Source: Lepidodermella squamata (lineage: Eukaryota; Animalia; Gastrotricha). Taken from it: a DNA stretch of 64,000 bases. The translations under genes were made by a program, and so were the position numbers. Under the pieces are notes generated by a model. The model was not told where the DNA came from, ran no database searches, and saw only the letters and a program-made list of their open reading frames with translations. Shown in pieces: positions 1 to 11,772 of the stretch (positions are counted from its first letter, which is position 1; each line of letters begins with the position of its first letter). The DNA lies in NCBI GenBank assembly GCA_047495785.1, contig JBLDXI010000029.1, forward strand, positions 2,108,001 through 2,172,000, given 5' to 3'.

Positions 1-888
1 TGAAATTTAGTTCTTTGTAACTGGCTTTAGTTGAGGAGAATTTAATACTCATGCAGGATCGGCCGCGTGCGCCACTCTTCTGCACATGGGGAAAGGTATT
101 TGCGAACCAATGGTTTATGCCAGTATTTTCTTACAAACAGCAACTGCCCAGCGTGAAACATCGACAGATCAACCACAATGTTTCTGAGAAAATTCCACCA
201 GCAGATTCCGTTTGCCTTTTGCCTCACGGGTTTGCATCTCAGCAGCTGGTGGCTGATTACACGCTGATTACACGCTGCTAATCGTTTTTTAGGCAACTTC
301 TAGGGTAACTTTGTATTGTTTATATGTATATATTGACCGCGCTCTGTGTATACCCTGCAACCCTGAATATCGCCGATTTTCAGCCCTCATACATTTGAAG
401 TGGCAGATTTTATTTACCCGCTTATTCATCCCCGCCTCGCCCGGGTCAGGTATATATGGCTGCACGCAAATTATAAAACACTTCGCAAAGCTAAGCAAGT
501 GCCAATACGCTTTATTGAAACATTTCAGCCACGATGAGTAATAGGAAATACCGCATTGGTGATACGGTGATTATCACAAATTGAAAAACTCCAATGATCT
601 CTTTCTGTTTGTTTCTATCGTTTCTGATGAAGCGCAATTTGAAATCCTGGAATCTGCAATGAAATCATTAAAAAACGATTCGACATTATTATCACTTTGA
701 ACTGTAGAGAAAAATATCATCTTTGCGCAGAACCAAATATTCTGACCATTAAATGATTATGAATTTAAATTGAAACGGCTCAAACAGCAGAGGCCACAAG
801 AGTCATAATTAGTATGAACCTTTATTGTGTCAACCATCTCTTTTTCAATTCATGCTACATAAGTTGAGGCTACATAAATCACAGAAGA

Positions 889-990
889 TATTGAGCTTTG
901 GGTTCATCATTGTTCACCAGTTCACCCTGTTTGGAGCTTTACGTAAAAACAGGGTGAACTGGTGAACAATGATGAACCCAAAGCTCAATA
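889..990. repeat. Perfect 44-bp inverted repeat (hairpin), 14-nt loop
   Basis: 889-932 (tattgagctttgggttcatcattgttcaccagttcaccctgttt) is the exact reverse complement of 947-990; both ends are TA. Confidence 0.9.
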
Positions 991-1083
991 GCTTCAGACT
1001 ATATTAAGGATAATGTGATGCCTTGGGGAAGACTCATCCCGTTGAAATTTGGGAATTCAAGGTATTCAAAAGTAAATTTTCAT

Positions 1084-2433
1084 TTAAAAGGCACTGAAAA
1101 CTGCGAGAATAGCACACAGAGAGGCGATTCCGAAACTTCCAATTGACCTGGAGCTGTTAGATGTAGCTGCTTGCAGGCCGAGAGATCCGATCGCTTGCTT
1201 CAGATTTGGTTGATCAAGATACCGGAAATAGACAGCATTGTTATAATAAGACAACCCAGACACCGATTCGTGTTTTTTGTCAAGTAACTTGCCAGTTTTT
1301 CTGTCCATCAGCGTTAGCCCTCTGCAAGCCTCGGAGAATATGAAGCTATCCGTGACCACGGTGTAAGGCCGCGAACTTCTAGCACCCTGGCCCATGGTGT
1401 CACAGGAGAATTCAGCCACTCCCTTTCCATTGGCAACGTTCAACACAATTATTTTAGAGTTCACACTATCCATCGCGTAGATTAAATTTCCATCCGTGGC
1501 AATGCTAGAAACATCAGCCGTTTCCTTGCTCAAGATGTAAGTATTAGCGACAGCCATCTTCTTGCCTTTGGTGATATCAATACCGAGGAACTTGACTTGA
1601 CATCCCGATGCGGGGCAGGCTACAGTAGGGACAATAGCTCGATTTTTGGCTAAGATCGGTGCGAACCATATCGAGCTCGCAACACTCGGGTCATCAAATG
1701 TTATCGTACCCAGAATTTCGCCAGTTACGGCGTCAATTTGAGTAAGGGAGAAGGCATGGGATACAAACAGCCGTGAATCGTCGCTTAGGGAAATTGCATA
1801 GATTTCGAAGTCGCCAAGTTCTACTTCAATCGTCGCGTTGCCGATTGTCTTGCCTATCGGGAAGAACCCAATTACGTTTCTTGAATAGAAAAGCGAGTAC
1901 CAAAAGCCCGTATCCGAGCCTACAGCGCCGACGAAGGCGTTCGAGGGCAAGTAGCTAAACGTGTCAAACTGGAATGTCTCCACGCCTCCAAAATTATCCT
2001 TGCCCAGATCGACAGAAATCAACTGAACCCGAGTTTTGATCTCCGGTGTCATAGATTCACAGCGAACGTACAACGCGGCTGAATTGTCTCTTTCTGCTAT
2101 CGCCGGCTGGCCGCAATAATACGCCGAGTCAAAAGAACCAGCTACTGCTACAACCTTCAACAGATTGCCATTCTCTGCATCGTACATGTAAAGCTTGCCC
2201 TGGTCGTCGATTTGGAAGATCGTTCCGTTGTAGGCCACGATTTGGTTGATCGAGTTGAAATTCGAATCGAGAACGACGTCAAATTTACGCATAAGGTCGA
2301 TTCCGTAGTTTGCGACCACAGACTCAGCCTTGTAGCCAGTGTGGGCCTGGTCGCCCCCTGCGTTTGCCCATGATGTCTTCAGGTCAGCATGAGCCGCTGC
2401 CAAAATGATAGAAATAAATGCCAGCAACTTCAT
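1084..2433 (-). CDS. Secreted, probably GPI-anchored PQQ/BamB-like beta-propeller protein (449 aa, intronless)
   Basis: Signal peptide MKLLAFISIILAAAHA. N-terminal WANAGGDQAHTG motif. Repeated blade motifs (LYMYDAENG, IDAVTG, LNVANG, MDRKTG). C-terminal Ser-rich spacer and hydrophobic tail. Confidence 0.7.
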   Translation of the reverse strand: MKLLAFISIILAAAHADLKTSWANAGGDQAHTGYKAESVVANYGIDLMRKFDVVLDSNFNSINQIVAYNGTIFQIDDQGKLYMYDAENGNLLKVVAVAGSFDSAYYCGQPAIAERDNSAALYVRCESMTPEIKTRVQLISVDLGKDNFGGVETFQFDTFSYLPSNAFVGAVGSDTGFWYSLFYSRNVIGFFPIGKTIGNATIEVELGDFEIYAISLSDDSRLFVSHAFSLTQIDAVTGEILGTITFDDPSVASSIWFAPILAKNRAIVPTVACPASGCQVKFLGIDITKGKKMAVANTYILSKETADVSSIATDGNLIYAMDSVNSKIIVLNVANGKGVAEFSCDTMGQGARSSRPYTVVTDSFIFSEACRGLTLMDRKTGKLLDKKHESVSGLSYYNNAVYFRYLDQPNLKQAIGSLGLQAATSNSSRSIGSFGIASLCAILAVFSAF

Positions 2434-2984
2434 AGTGGCTTGAAGCTAGAGTATAAAGATATCAAATTGCAAAGATAATGTCCAGAGCCTCACTGCGTTT
2501 CACTGGAGCTGATTGTGCCATTATATCCTGCCTAAAATGAATCACGATGAATCCACAGCTCTATTAAGCAGATATATCGGTCAACTCAGACGTATTTTGG
2601 GATTTATGTATCAGGCGAAGGGCGGTTACGCGTTCTACTCATTTATGACACTTGCGATAAAAGCCATGAGGTGCGATAAAAGTAATGAATTACGCCGGGC
2701 AACCGTATTATTGTCCTTGATACGAGAGTCTAGTATGACGCAGCTAATTAATCCGTTAAGTCCAAAAATTTGCGTGTATTTTCTTCCAGAAATCTCTATG
2801 CGGAACTAAATTTCAAAACTTGGCACCAAACGCAAACTTATGATAGGTAGTGCCATTTTCGAATAATTTAATTAGATGATGACTGTGTCTGAATTCAGCA
2901 CAATGCCTTTATTTTCATCCTTTAAACTTTGGGAATAAATTATTGTTGTTGAGAAAAACCAGTTTCAATGTCTTTCAAAATTGC

Positions 2985-3561
2985 TTATTTAGAGGGAGCA
3001 GCACCGGTCTCGACGGCAACCGAGTACGAGAAGTTGTTGGAGGCCGAGTAGCTGCCGCTCTTGTGTCCCTTGCGACCCTTGCCGTGCTTGCCACCATGCT
3101 TCTTGCCCTTCTTGCCGCCGAACTTCTTGCCACCGTGGCGCTTGTTGCCGCCCTTCTTGTTGTAGCCGCTGAAGGAGCCCGACCGCGAGAACGAGCCGGA
3201 CATGGATCCGCGCTTGTGCACGCGCATGAACTTCTTGGTGGAGACCTTGCGGGTGTGCTTGTTCGTGCGGGCCGACACCGACGCGGACACGGACTTGGAG
3301 AACGAGGCACGGCGGTGCTTGCGCCCAGCGACGAAGGCCTTCTTGGCCGGGCGCTTCTTCATCGCGTTCTTCTTCGGCTGCCGGTTGTAAGACACGCTGA
3401 CGGAGACGCTCTTCGAAACGCTTTTGCCCTTGTTTCCGCGGCCAGCATCGACACCGGAGAAGGCTTAACATGAAAGAAAACATTATCAGCATTGAGCCTC
3501 AATAGATAACGTTACCCAAGCCTAGTAAGAAGACAACAGCGAAAGCAAAAACAGCTCGCAT
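2985..3561 (-). CDS. Secreted highly cationic Ser/Lys/Gly-rich protein (2 exons: 3561-3516, 3463-2985; 174 aa)
   Basis: ATG at 3561 gives signal peptide MRAVFAFAVVFLLGLAFSGVDA after splicing a 52-nt GT-AG intron (3515-3464), in frame with ORF 2985..3395. Very high GC3. TATAAAA about 80 nt upstream. Confidence 0.85.
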
Positions 3562-3823
3562 TTTTCTGTTGATTCAAAGAGTTGAAGATGAAGTGAAAGT
3601 TAATAAAACTTGATGACTATGAACAGTTCGCCTCCTATTTTATAGTATGCGCAATTAGAGTTATCCATTGTTGAGATGGGATAAGGCGATACGAAGAGCA
3701 TTATTCTCCAATTATAATCATTTTTTTCAAATTTTTTTGCTCTCGTGATGATACAATTCTTCATAAAAAAATTTCAATACAAATTTATTTGTAATTGCCA
3801 AGTTCATTCAAAAACATTGATAA

Positions 3824-5018
3824 CTACGCCCAATGATCCATCGGATAATCAAATGTTTCGAAATCTTGTTTATAAAACGACATTAAATCTGATAGCAGGG
3901 GTAGCGTCAAATTTTTGGCGAAAATTCGCTTGTCGAATGGCATCAACTTTGAGGTGGCACCATTTTCCATTCGTTGCCTGCTGCTGCTTTGGTAGGCAAG
4001 TGAGCGTTTATCTGAAGGCAGCAGTTTCAGGTCAGGCTGGTGGAAGTATTTGCTAATTAGATAGGCCGACTCCTCTTTGATGTTTTCGTACTTCAAAATG
4101 AGGTCATAACCAACAGAGCACGGGTCGCTGTGCTCGTAGAAAGTACTCCCTGTGCAATAAATTGCCAGTGTCATAAAATAATTATCACGAAATTTCAATT
4201 TCTTACAATGGCGATCTTTGATGTAAAGAGGATTTCGTTTTTGTCTTCGTTCTGAAACGATAAATTTTGCGAATTCTTCGAACGTTGGCGCTCCGAGGCT
4301 GCCCCAATGGGATTCCGTGAAATTAGACCGATAATTTAGAACAATGTAGTCTGCAATATCGTCGTATAGAGCGCCATCATTGCGAACAACAAGACGGTCG
4401 TGCCACGCTGAAATCAGCCGATCAATAGGCTAGAAAGATCAGCAATTTTGTCTTGAAAAGAAGCAGGCCAAGCAACTTACATCTCGAACCATGATTACTT
4501 TTGTAAATGTTTTCAGAAAGGATTCGCGAAATGGGGGCGGTAGAGTGCTAAGTCGATTGAGAAACCGGAAAGGGAAGCCGGAGAACACATCAAAGGTTGA
4601 ATTTGTGACAACATCGCCCTTAACTGCCGCTTCGAATAAAATTTTCCAATGCGTAGACGCGATTTTCGGGATCCTATATAATCAGCCGAAGCGATTTGTA
4701 TCGAATAGATACATTTAGCTTTAATATAACTCACAAGCAAAAAATGACTTGAAATCGTTCGTCGTAAAATGCCCATTCGTAGAAGGTCGACTCTGCTGGT
4801 ATGGCAGAAAAATTGCCGTAGTAACCGACTCGATTGAGACACTCCTTTTCCGCGGTATCGCGCCGATTTCGAAACATTGACTCCAAGCTCAATTTGATCT
4901 CCCCAGGCGATTTATTTATACTCGTCGGCATTGCTATCCCATCTTGTTGGGAAATAAACATAGCCATGGTGAACAAAGCTGTGCCACTTAGAAGGAAGAC
5001 GAATTTCTTTGCTGCCAT
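3824..5018 (-). CDS. Carbohydrate sulfotransferase (Sulfotransfer_2, CHST8-14-like), copy 1, 4 exons
   Basis: Type II TM anchor. Spliced motifs FCLIPKIASTHWK (5'-PSB), VRDPIDRLISAW (3'-PB), DPCSVGYDLILKYE and YKQDFETFDY. Confidence 0.85.
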
Positions 5019-5667
5019 GTTATACTTTTGTAGCAACAATTTGCCAAGTGCGTGGGATTTTTTTCGCGAAAAATGATGAATCGCATTTTACAGGTGTGAA
5101 AGGACATGGGAGTCCCCATCAATATTCATATACAGGACAGATAACCTCAATAGGCGTTTGAAACTCGTTCAGCATGCTGCGATTATCTGAAGAGTTGCGG
5201 CAGGCGGTATTCAGGTCCACAACTGCGCACTAGACCAGATTTTTTTCTTTCAATTCTCTTAAAAAATTAGGTGAAATATAAATAGCGCAAAAGGGGGCGA
5301 GGTACGCGATGGTCGACAATTTATCTATTTTTAGCTCCTGACTAGCAGCGCCAATTGACCGATGGACGCCGCCTTCTCAATTTTCTCAAAAGCTAGATTC
5401 AGCCGGTATTTTCCCGAAATGTATTGGCTTGAGTGATCACCATGGATAAATATCATGCCAAAAGCGGTGTGGTGACTTCTTTTGTACCGAAAAAAAAGTA
5501 GATGTCGAGCTAAAATTAATGAAATTTCCCGTTCGCTGATGGTATAACTGACCGTGAAAGAAAAGGAAAAACTAACACATAATAATGTCTCGTTCGTGGT
5601 ATGAGATTGTAAAAATTGAAGAGTGTTGCTGTAGCCTTTGGGACCTTTTCGGCTTTGCAGGTTGTTA

Positions 5668-5841
5668 CAGGGTGGCCAAAAAATTCCGCAGAGCGGGAAT
5701 TTGATGCTCATCAATTTAATGAGCAGTTTTAAGAAGTTGAAAAATTTCAAGCATTCTTTTGCCAATGGACGTCCTCGATTTCTTGAAACTCCTCATGATG
5801 CGCATCGAATTCCCGCTCCGCGGAATTTTTTGGCCACCCTG
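5668..5841. mobile_element. Tc1/mariner-type MITE
   Basis: About 45-bp TIRs starting CAGGGTGGCCAAAAAATTCCGC; TA target duplication at 5666-5667 and 5842-5843. Confidence 0.85.
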
Positions 5842-6140
5842 TAAATTTTCTGTTTCGTCATAGTGTTAATGAATGAATTTGAAAGATAGAAAATTCCAAA
5901 AATTAATAAAATTAATAAAAGAAATTTATGAATCATCTTGCCAACGGTTGTATGTAATTTCAGAATTTTTTAAGCCATGGCAACGAAAACCCGATTTTTA
6001 CACTAATTTATCTCTCACTATGGTGACAATCATTTTTTTATGTTTAGTGCACTGTCAAGTTTTACCTTTCTCAACATCAGTCTGAATAAAAGCTGCAAAG
6101 CGGCGAATTCTGCAAAATATAGCGCATTATTAATGCAAAG

Positions 6141-6827
6141 CGCGTTACGACAATCTAGCAAAATAATTTATGAAACGACAATTTGGCTAAGCACGAATAA
6201 TTCCGACAAAATTTAAAAAATCGCCTTGATTACATTACATTATATTTTGAGCGAAATAATGAGAACGACAATCCAGCGACGACAAAATCTCTGTGTGACT
6301 TTTTCAAAAGTAACTAATTTCACCACCATTTCCGCAAAAAAACAATTCTAACTTTACGTGCAAAAATTGAGTAGAAGTGATGAAATTAGAAGATCGAACG
6401 AATGTAACTACGCTGTTTAGGGTTTAGGCAGTCATTTGTCGCCTTTGACCCGGAGTGGCCAATGCTAAAACTGACCGATCTACGGTAGCACCCACGGCAG
6501 CACCATGTACCTCTATCATACCCACCTTCACCATACCTAACCGTACCCCTATCGCTGATTTGTCGGTTCACTCATTATCAAAAAAACCTAAATTTTGTCG
6601 CTGCTGATTTCCAATTTTGTACCTACGTGACTTTGTTGAAGTCGGTGCTGCTACATAAATAAAATCATATGAATATTTATTTTAAAATGACTTTGCCTAA
6701 TTAAGATTGCCAAATTGTCGGCCCTAGTTTAAAGTTTTATATAATGTCGTTTTTTATTTTGTTTTGATTAAATGTCGCAGAAAAAATGTCGGATTTTATC
6801 TTTGTATTGCTAAATTGTCGTAGAGCC
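6141..6827. mobile_element. Non-autonomous TIR DNA transposon with 8-bp TSD
   Basis: Direct repeat ATGCAAAG at 6133-6140 and 6828-6835. Imperfect TIRs (..TACGACAATCTAGCAA / TTGCTAAATTGTCGTA..). Many subterminal CGACAA/TTGTCG motifs. Confidence 0.65.
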
Positions 6828-7163
6828 ATGCAAAGGAAATCGATTCGAGATTTCCAACTGTTTTCCTACGCCTATGAAACCATTCACTTCATAGCATCTA
6901 TTATAAGAGAGGTCCGGAAATATAGTATATAAAAATGTACCAGAATAATCTGGATCTCTGAATCGTTTTATTATAGGCTGGAAAACTTGGCTTTCCTAAA
7001 AGATCATCATTTAAAAAAGAAATAAATCACCGTCGGATCAGCGAGAACACCTGGCACACTAATTAAGCATGATTATGATGCGCGGCTTAGAAACATGCTG
7101 GGATCAATTCAGAAAATGCTGTAGAAAATAATAATAAAATAATTTATACTACCTATTACTGGA

Positions 7164-8574
7164 ATGGAACAGAATCGTTGTCTCAAAATCTTGCTGATGC
7201 TAATGCGATTTTTCTGCGATTCTTCGGCTGTAACCAATGCTAGTTCGAACGGGTTCAAATTGATCCTGAAGGACCTGAAAACAAATTTCCTAACAGACTA
7301 TTGCCCGATCTCGAGATCGCCGGACTTGATTCAAGAGTTGGCTCTTCAAGGTCGATTCGATCAGTTTCCGATAATCACCAAAATGAGGATTCATATGTAT
7401 CGAATCGTGGAAATCAATGACTTGGCTCAAAGGCAAGTATTTTTTGAACGATTCCCGCGTTTTAAAAAATTCTAATTTTGCTTCCGAAATCTCTCACAAA
7501 GTCTGAAATTGAAAACTGAAATTTATAATTTTTCTCAACACTAAATTTGTGGTTTTTAAATTTTTGAATTTTTGTTGTTTTGTCTTAAATGTTTTCTTTT
7601 GAATTTTCAGTTTGAGTGCAACCGTTAATGCGATGGTGAGATGGAAACTACCTGAATTTGGCTGTCGAACCTTAAATACGACCGAGATGTTCGGAGTTGA
7701 AATTTCCGAAAAATTGCCAACATCACTACGCCTCAATTTCAACAAATCCGAAACATGGCTGCCGCGAATCAGCCTAATGAACGCTGTCGGCGACACAAAT
7801 TGGATATCAGAACTCACAGCGCCGGTCATATTCACGGCGGACCTGCCTGAGGTGAACGCTGTCCTAGTTCAGGACACGCTGGTTAACACGAAATGCGACG
7901 GCTTCACGCTGATTTTTTTCCCATTCGACCGGCTTGATTGCGCCATGGAATTCGAATCCCTCGACCAGGTGCAGTTGGTTCACATCGAAGACGCGATTTT
8001 CTCACAGGAAAACTTGGACGCCGTTCTCGATGAACACGACATCTGGCAGCCGTTATCTAACACATTCGACGTGAAAATGACGAATATCACGCGGCAAGGG
8101 TTCGGTAATGCAACGTATGATCACGTGACGATCACCATGGCCTTTCAACGCAAGTACAACTACTTTATCGGCAGCATTTTCGTGCCGATTGGGATCCTAA
8201 TCGTGCTGCAACTAAGTTCCCTACTCCTTCAACCCGAACACCCTGATCGGGCTGGTTTTTGCATAACAGTCGTGTTGTCTTTCACAGTTCTGCTAACGTT
8301 GGTTTTCGGTCAAATCCCGAAAACTTCGCAGCAAATTCATTTGATAACGCTGATTGAAATTCAAATTTTGGTCTGTGTTGGCATTACGATTTACACATTG
8401 CTCGCGTCGCAACTGGCCTGTACGAAATGGGGCCGGCATAAACGGCAAATAGCGAAGAAACTTCGCATGAGAAACATCAGAATCATCGATGCGGCGGTAT
8501 CAGCTGTGGCAACGCTGTTTCTGGTCATTATTGACACAATTTATTTTGTGAAAATGATTTATAATTTCGCGTAA
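7164..8574 (+). CDS. Divergent pentameric Cys-loop ligand-gated ion channel subunit (PDR family, copy 1; exons 7164-7432, 7611-8574)
   Basis: Signal peptide, WLPRISLMN (loop A), Cys loop CDGFTLIFFPFDRLDC, pre-M1 FQRK, four TM helices. The GC-AG intron 7433-7610 sits at the same position as the paralog's intron. Confidence 0.85.
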
Positions 8575-8599
8575 TTTCTTTCATTAAACGGTGGCTTTT

Positions 8600-9300
8600 C
8601 TCTGAACTAAAGTTCAGCAGGCAGAGGTAATCGATTGGATATGCCGGCGGCTGGGTTGTACTAGCAACTTCTCCTATTTTCGCTCACTAATTTTCTGGCT
8701 GCCATGCAATAGTTTGCAGCAATAATTTGCCAACTGCGTGGGCGAAAAATGACCATTTTCAGTTTTTACAGATGTTTACAAAAGTGTCCCCATCGAGCAT
8801 CAATATAAAAAGGGTCATGTTTTGGGCTCAAAAGTTGTTTGAACCTCGGTCAATAAGAAGCGATTATCTGAGGAATTGCTGTATTCAGTTGCGCACTAGA
8901 CCAGTTTTCATTCTCGGAAAAATTGGATCAAACAAAAATAGGTTAGGGACACGGGATACGCAACGGGCGAGAACTTATTTTTATTACATTTTAGTATAAT
9001 TAACAATGTCAAAAATTAAATGGGTCAATGCGTGAGATTTTTCTCGAGAAAAATGATGAATTGCAATTTCAACAGGTGTGAAAGGTCGCGAGAGAGTCCC
9101 CAACAACCATCAATATAGAGACAGGACATATTCAATAGGTGTTTTAAACTCGTTCCACAATCTGCGATTATCTGAAGAGTTGCGGCAGGCTGTATTCAGG
9201 TCCACAACTGCGCATTAGACCAGATTTTTTCTTTTATTTCTCTTAAAAAATGAGGTGAAATATAAATAGCCGCAAGGGGGCGAGGTACATTTATTTTTGT
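8600..9300 (-). pseudogene. Two degenerate copies of the sulfotransferase 5' end/upstream module
   Basis: ATGGCAGCCAGAAAA (MAARK) remnant at about 8706. Similarity to 5040-5330 at about 8727-8980 and 9028-9290, with no downstream coding exons. Confidence 0.6.
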
Positions 9301-9698
9301 TATATTTTACAATAATTAAGGAAATTTTCCGTCCGCTGATTACAAGTGATAAAAAAATGAAGCGAATTAAATAAATTGATCAAAAATGAATAATAAAGAA
9401 CAGCGCGAAAATGGTTTTTGTTTATCGTATGCAGTGTGCGAAATACCGGGGGCACTGTACCGAGACGTCGTTGTTAGAAAACTCTGACCCTGTGGTATTA
9501 GGGGGCCGAAAATACCCACACGTACCCCTCACCTCGAAGATCCCGCTGCATCCACTGGTTGTATGAGATAAGAATAGAAGATGGAAAGTTTGTGTAGCCC
9601 TTGTGTGTGGGTCATTGTGTATTAATGAATATTAACTTAATTTCAATGAATAATTTATTTTAAATTGCCAGTTGCTGGGCATTCAAAGACACTGTTAA

Positions 9699-10886
9699 CT
9701 ACTCCCGGCGATTGCTCGGATAATCAAATATTTCAAAATCTTGTTTATACAAAGAAATTAAATCTGATAGCAGGGGCGACGTCAAATTGTTGGCGAAAAT
9801 TCGTTTGTCTAGCAGCGGCTTTGGCTTGACACCATTTTCCACCCGTTGCCTGCTGCTGCTTTGGTAGGCAAGTGATCGTTTATCTGAAGGCAGCAGTTTC
9901 AGGTCAGGCTGGTGGAAGTATTTGCTAATTAAATACGCCGACTCCTCTTTGATGTTTTCGTACTTCAAAATTAGGTCATAGCCAACAGCGCAAGGGTCAC
10001 AATGCTCGTAGAAAGTACTCCCTGTGCAATAAATTGCTAGTTTGTTCGGAAAATGAATCGCGAAATTTTAGTTACTTACAATGACGATTTCTGATGTAAA
10101 GAGTTTTTCGTTTTTGTTTTCGTTCTGAAACGATAAATTTTGCGAATTCTTCGAACGTCGGCGTTCCTAATAGGCTGCTAAAGTTGGTTTCCGTGAAATT
10201 CGACCGATAGTTTCGAACAACGTAGTCAGCAATATCGTCGTAAACAGCCCCATCATTGCGCACAACGAGACGATCGTGCCAAGCAGAAATAAGCCGATCA
10301 ATAGGCTAAAAAATAGCATTTAATTACTTAAAGAGAATCAGCCCAAGCAACTCACTTCTCGAACCATGATTACTTTGGTGAATTTTCTTAGGAATAATTC
10401 TCGTAATTCTGGAGCTAGATTGCAAAGTCGATTGAGAAATCGAAAAGGCTTGCCAGGGAACACATCGAAGCTCGAATTTGTGACAACATCGCCCTTGACA
10501 GCCGCTTCGAATAAAAGTTTCCAATGCGTTGACGCGATTTTCGGAATTCTATCGCAATGAGCCGAAAATATTCAGTATAATAAATCTGGCAATTATACTC
10601 ACAAGCAAAAAATGACTTGAAATCGTTCGTCGTAAAATGCCCATTCGTAGAAGGTCGACTCTTCTGGTATAGCGGACAAATTGCCGTAGTAACCGACTCG
10701 ATTGCGACACTCCTTCTCCGCGGTATCTCGCCGATTTCGGAAAATTGTCTCCAAGTTGAATGCAATCTCCTCGGGTGATTTATTTTCACCAATCGGAATT
10801 GCTATCCCATCTTGTCTAGAAATTAACGTAACCAGGAATACTAAAGCAGTGCCAGTTAGAAGAAAGTCGAATTTTCTTGCCGCCAT
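9699..10886 (-). CDS. Carbohydrate sulfotransferase (Sulfotransfer_2), copy 2, 4 exons
   Basis: Close paralog of copy 1: IPKIASTHWK, VRSPIDRLISAW-type 3'-PB motif, HCDPCAVGYD, YKQDFEIFDY. Confidence 0.85.
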
Positions 10887-11772
10887 GTTATCGTTTTGGA
10901 GCAACAATTTGCCAAGTGCGTGAGATTTTTCGCGAAAAATGATGAATCGCATTTACAGGTGTGAAAGGACGCTGGTGTCCCCATCAACCATTAATAAAAA
11001 AAACATATAAATAACCTCAATAGGGGCGTTTTAAACTCGTTCAGCAAGCAGCAATTACCTGAAGAGTTGCGAAAAGCTGTATCTAGGTGCAAAACTGCGC
11101 ATTAGACCAATTTGTTTCGTGTTATTTTTTGAAAACTGGGTTAATTTAAAAATAGTAAAATTAGGCGAGTTACACGACGGTCGACAATTTATCTATTTTT
11201 AGCTCCTGACTAGCAGCGCCATTGACCGCTGGACGCAACCGTCTCAACTTTCTCAAAAGCTGGATTCAGTCGGCTTTTTCCTGAAATTTATTGGCCTGAA
11301 TGATTACCATGGTTAAATATGATGGAGCGAGCAATTGAGGGGCGTGATGAAACAGCGGCGTGATGAGTTCTTATGTACCGAAGTCGAGCTGAAATTTAAA
11401 ACAAAATGCCCCGTAAAACTGACTATGAAAGAAAAGGAAAAAATATAGAATTGTCCCCAGAAATATAGGTCGAGTAGTTTTGACAATTCGATATTTTACG
11501 GTATAACAAAAATGTCTCTTTCGAGTTTCGGGATATGCGAATGCACAGATTGAAGAGTATTGCTGTAGCCTCTGTGGACCGGTTAACTTTTTTAGAAAAT
11601 TATGATTTGCAGGTTATCAGCAACTTCTCTATTTAATCATAAGATAGAATTTTGGAATTGCAAGGGAAAAGGGGAGGATGTAAATGAATTTAGATTCGAA
11701 GAAGAATGTAAGAATCGAACATTTTATTCTAATTTTACCTATTTGATTCACCTTTGCTAAAATTCCAAAAAT

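Noticed and set aside
42-541. Short ORFs at the window start
   Set aside because: No recognisable motifs or supported exon structure.
2943-3492. Overlapping ORFs 2943..3473(+), 2975..3310(-) and 2989..3492(-)
   Set aside because: Shadow frames of the GC3-rich secreted protein; only the spliced 3561-2985 frame has an ATG, a signal peptide and consistent codon bias.
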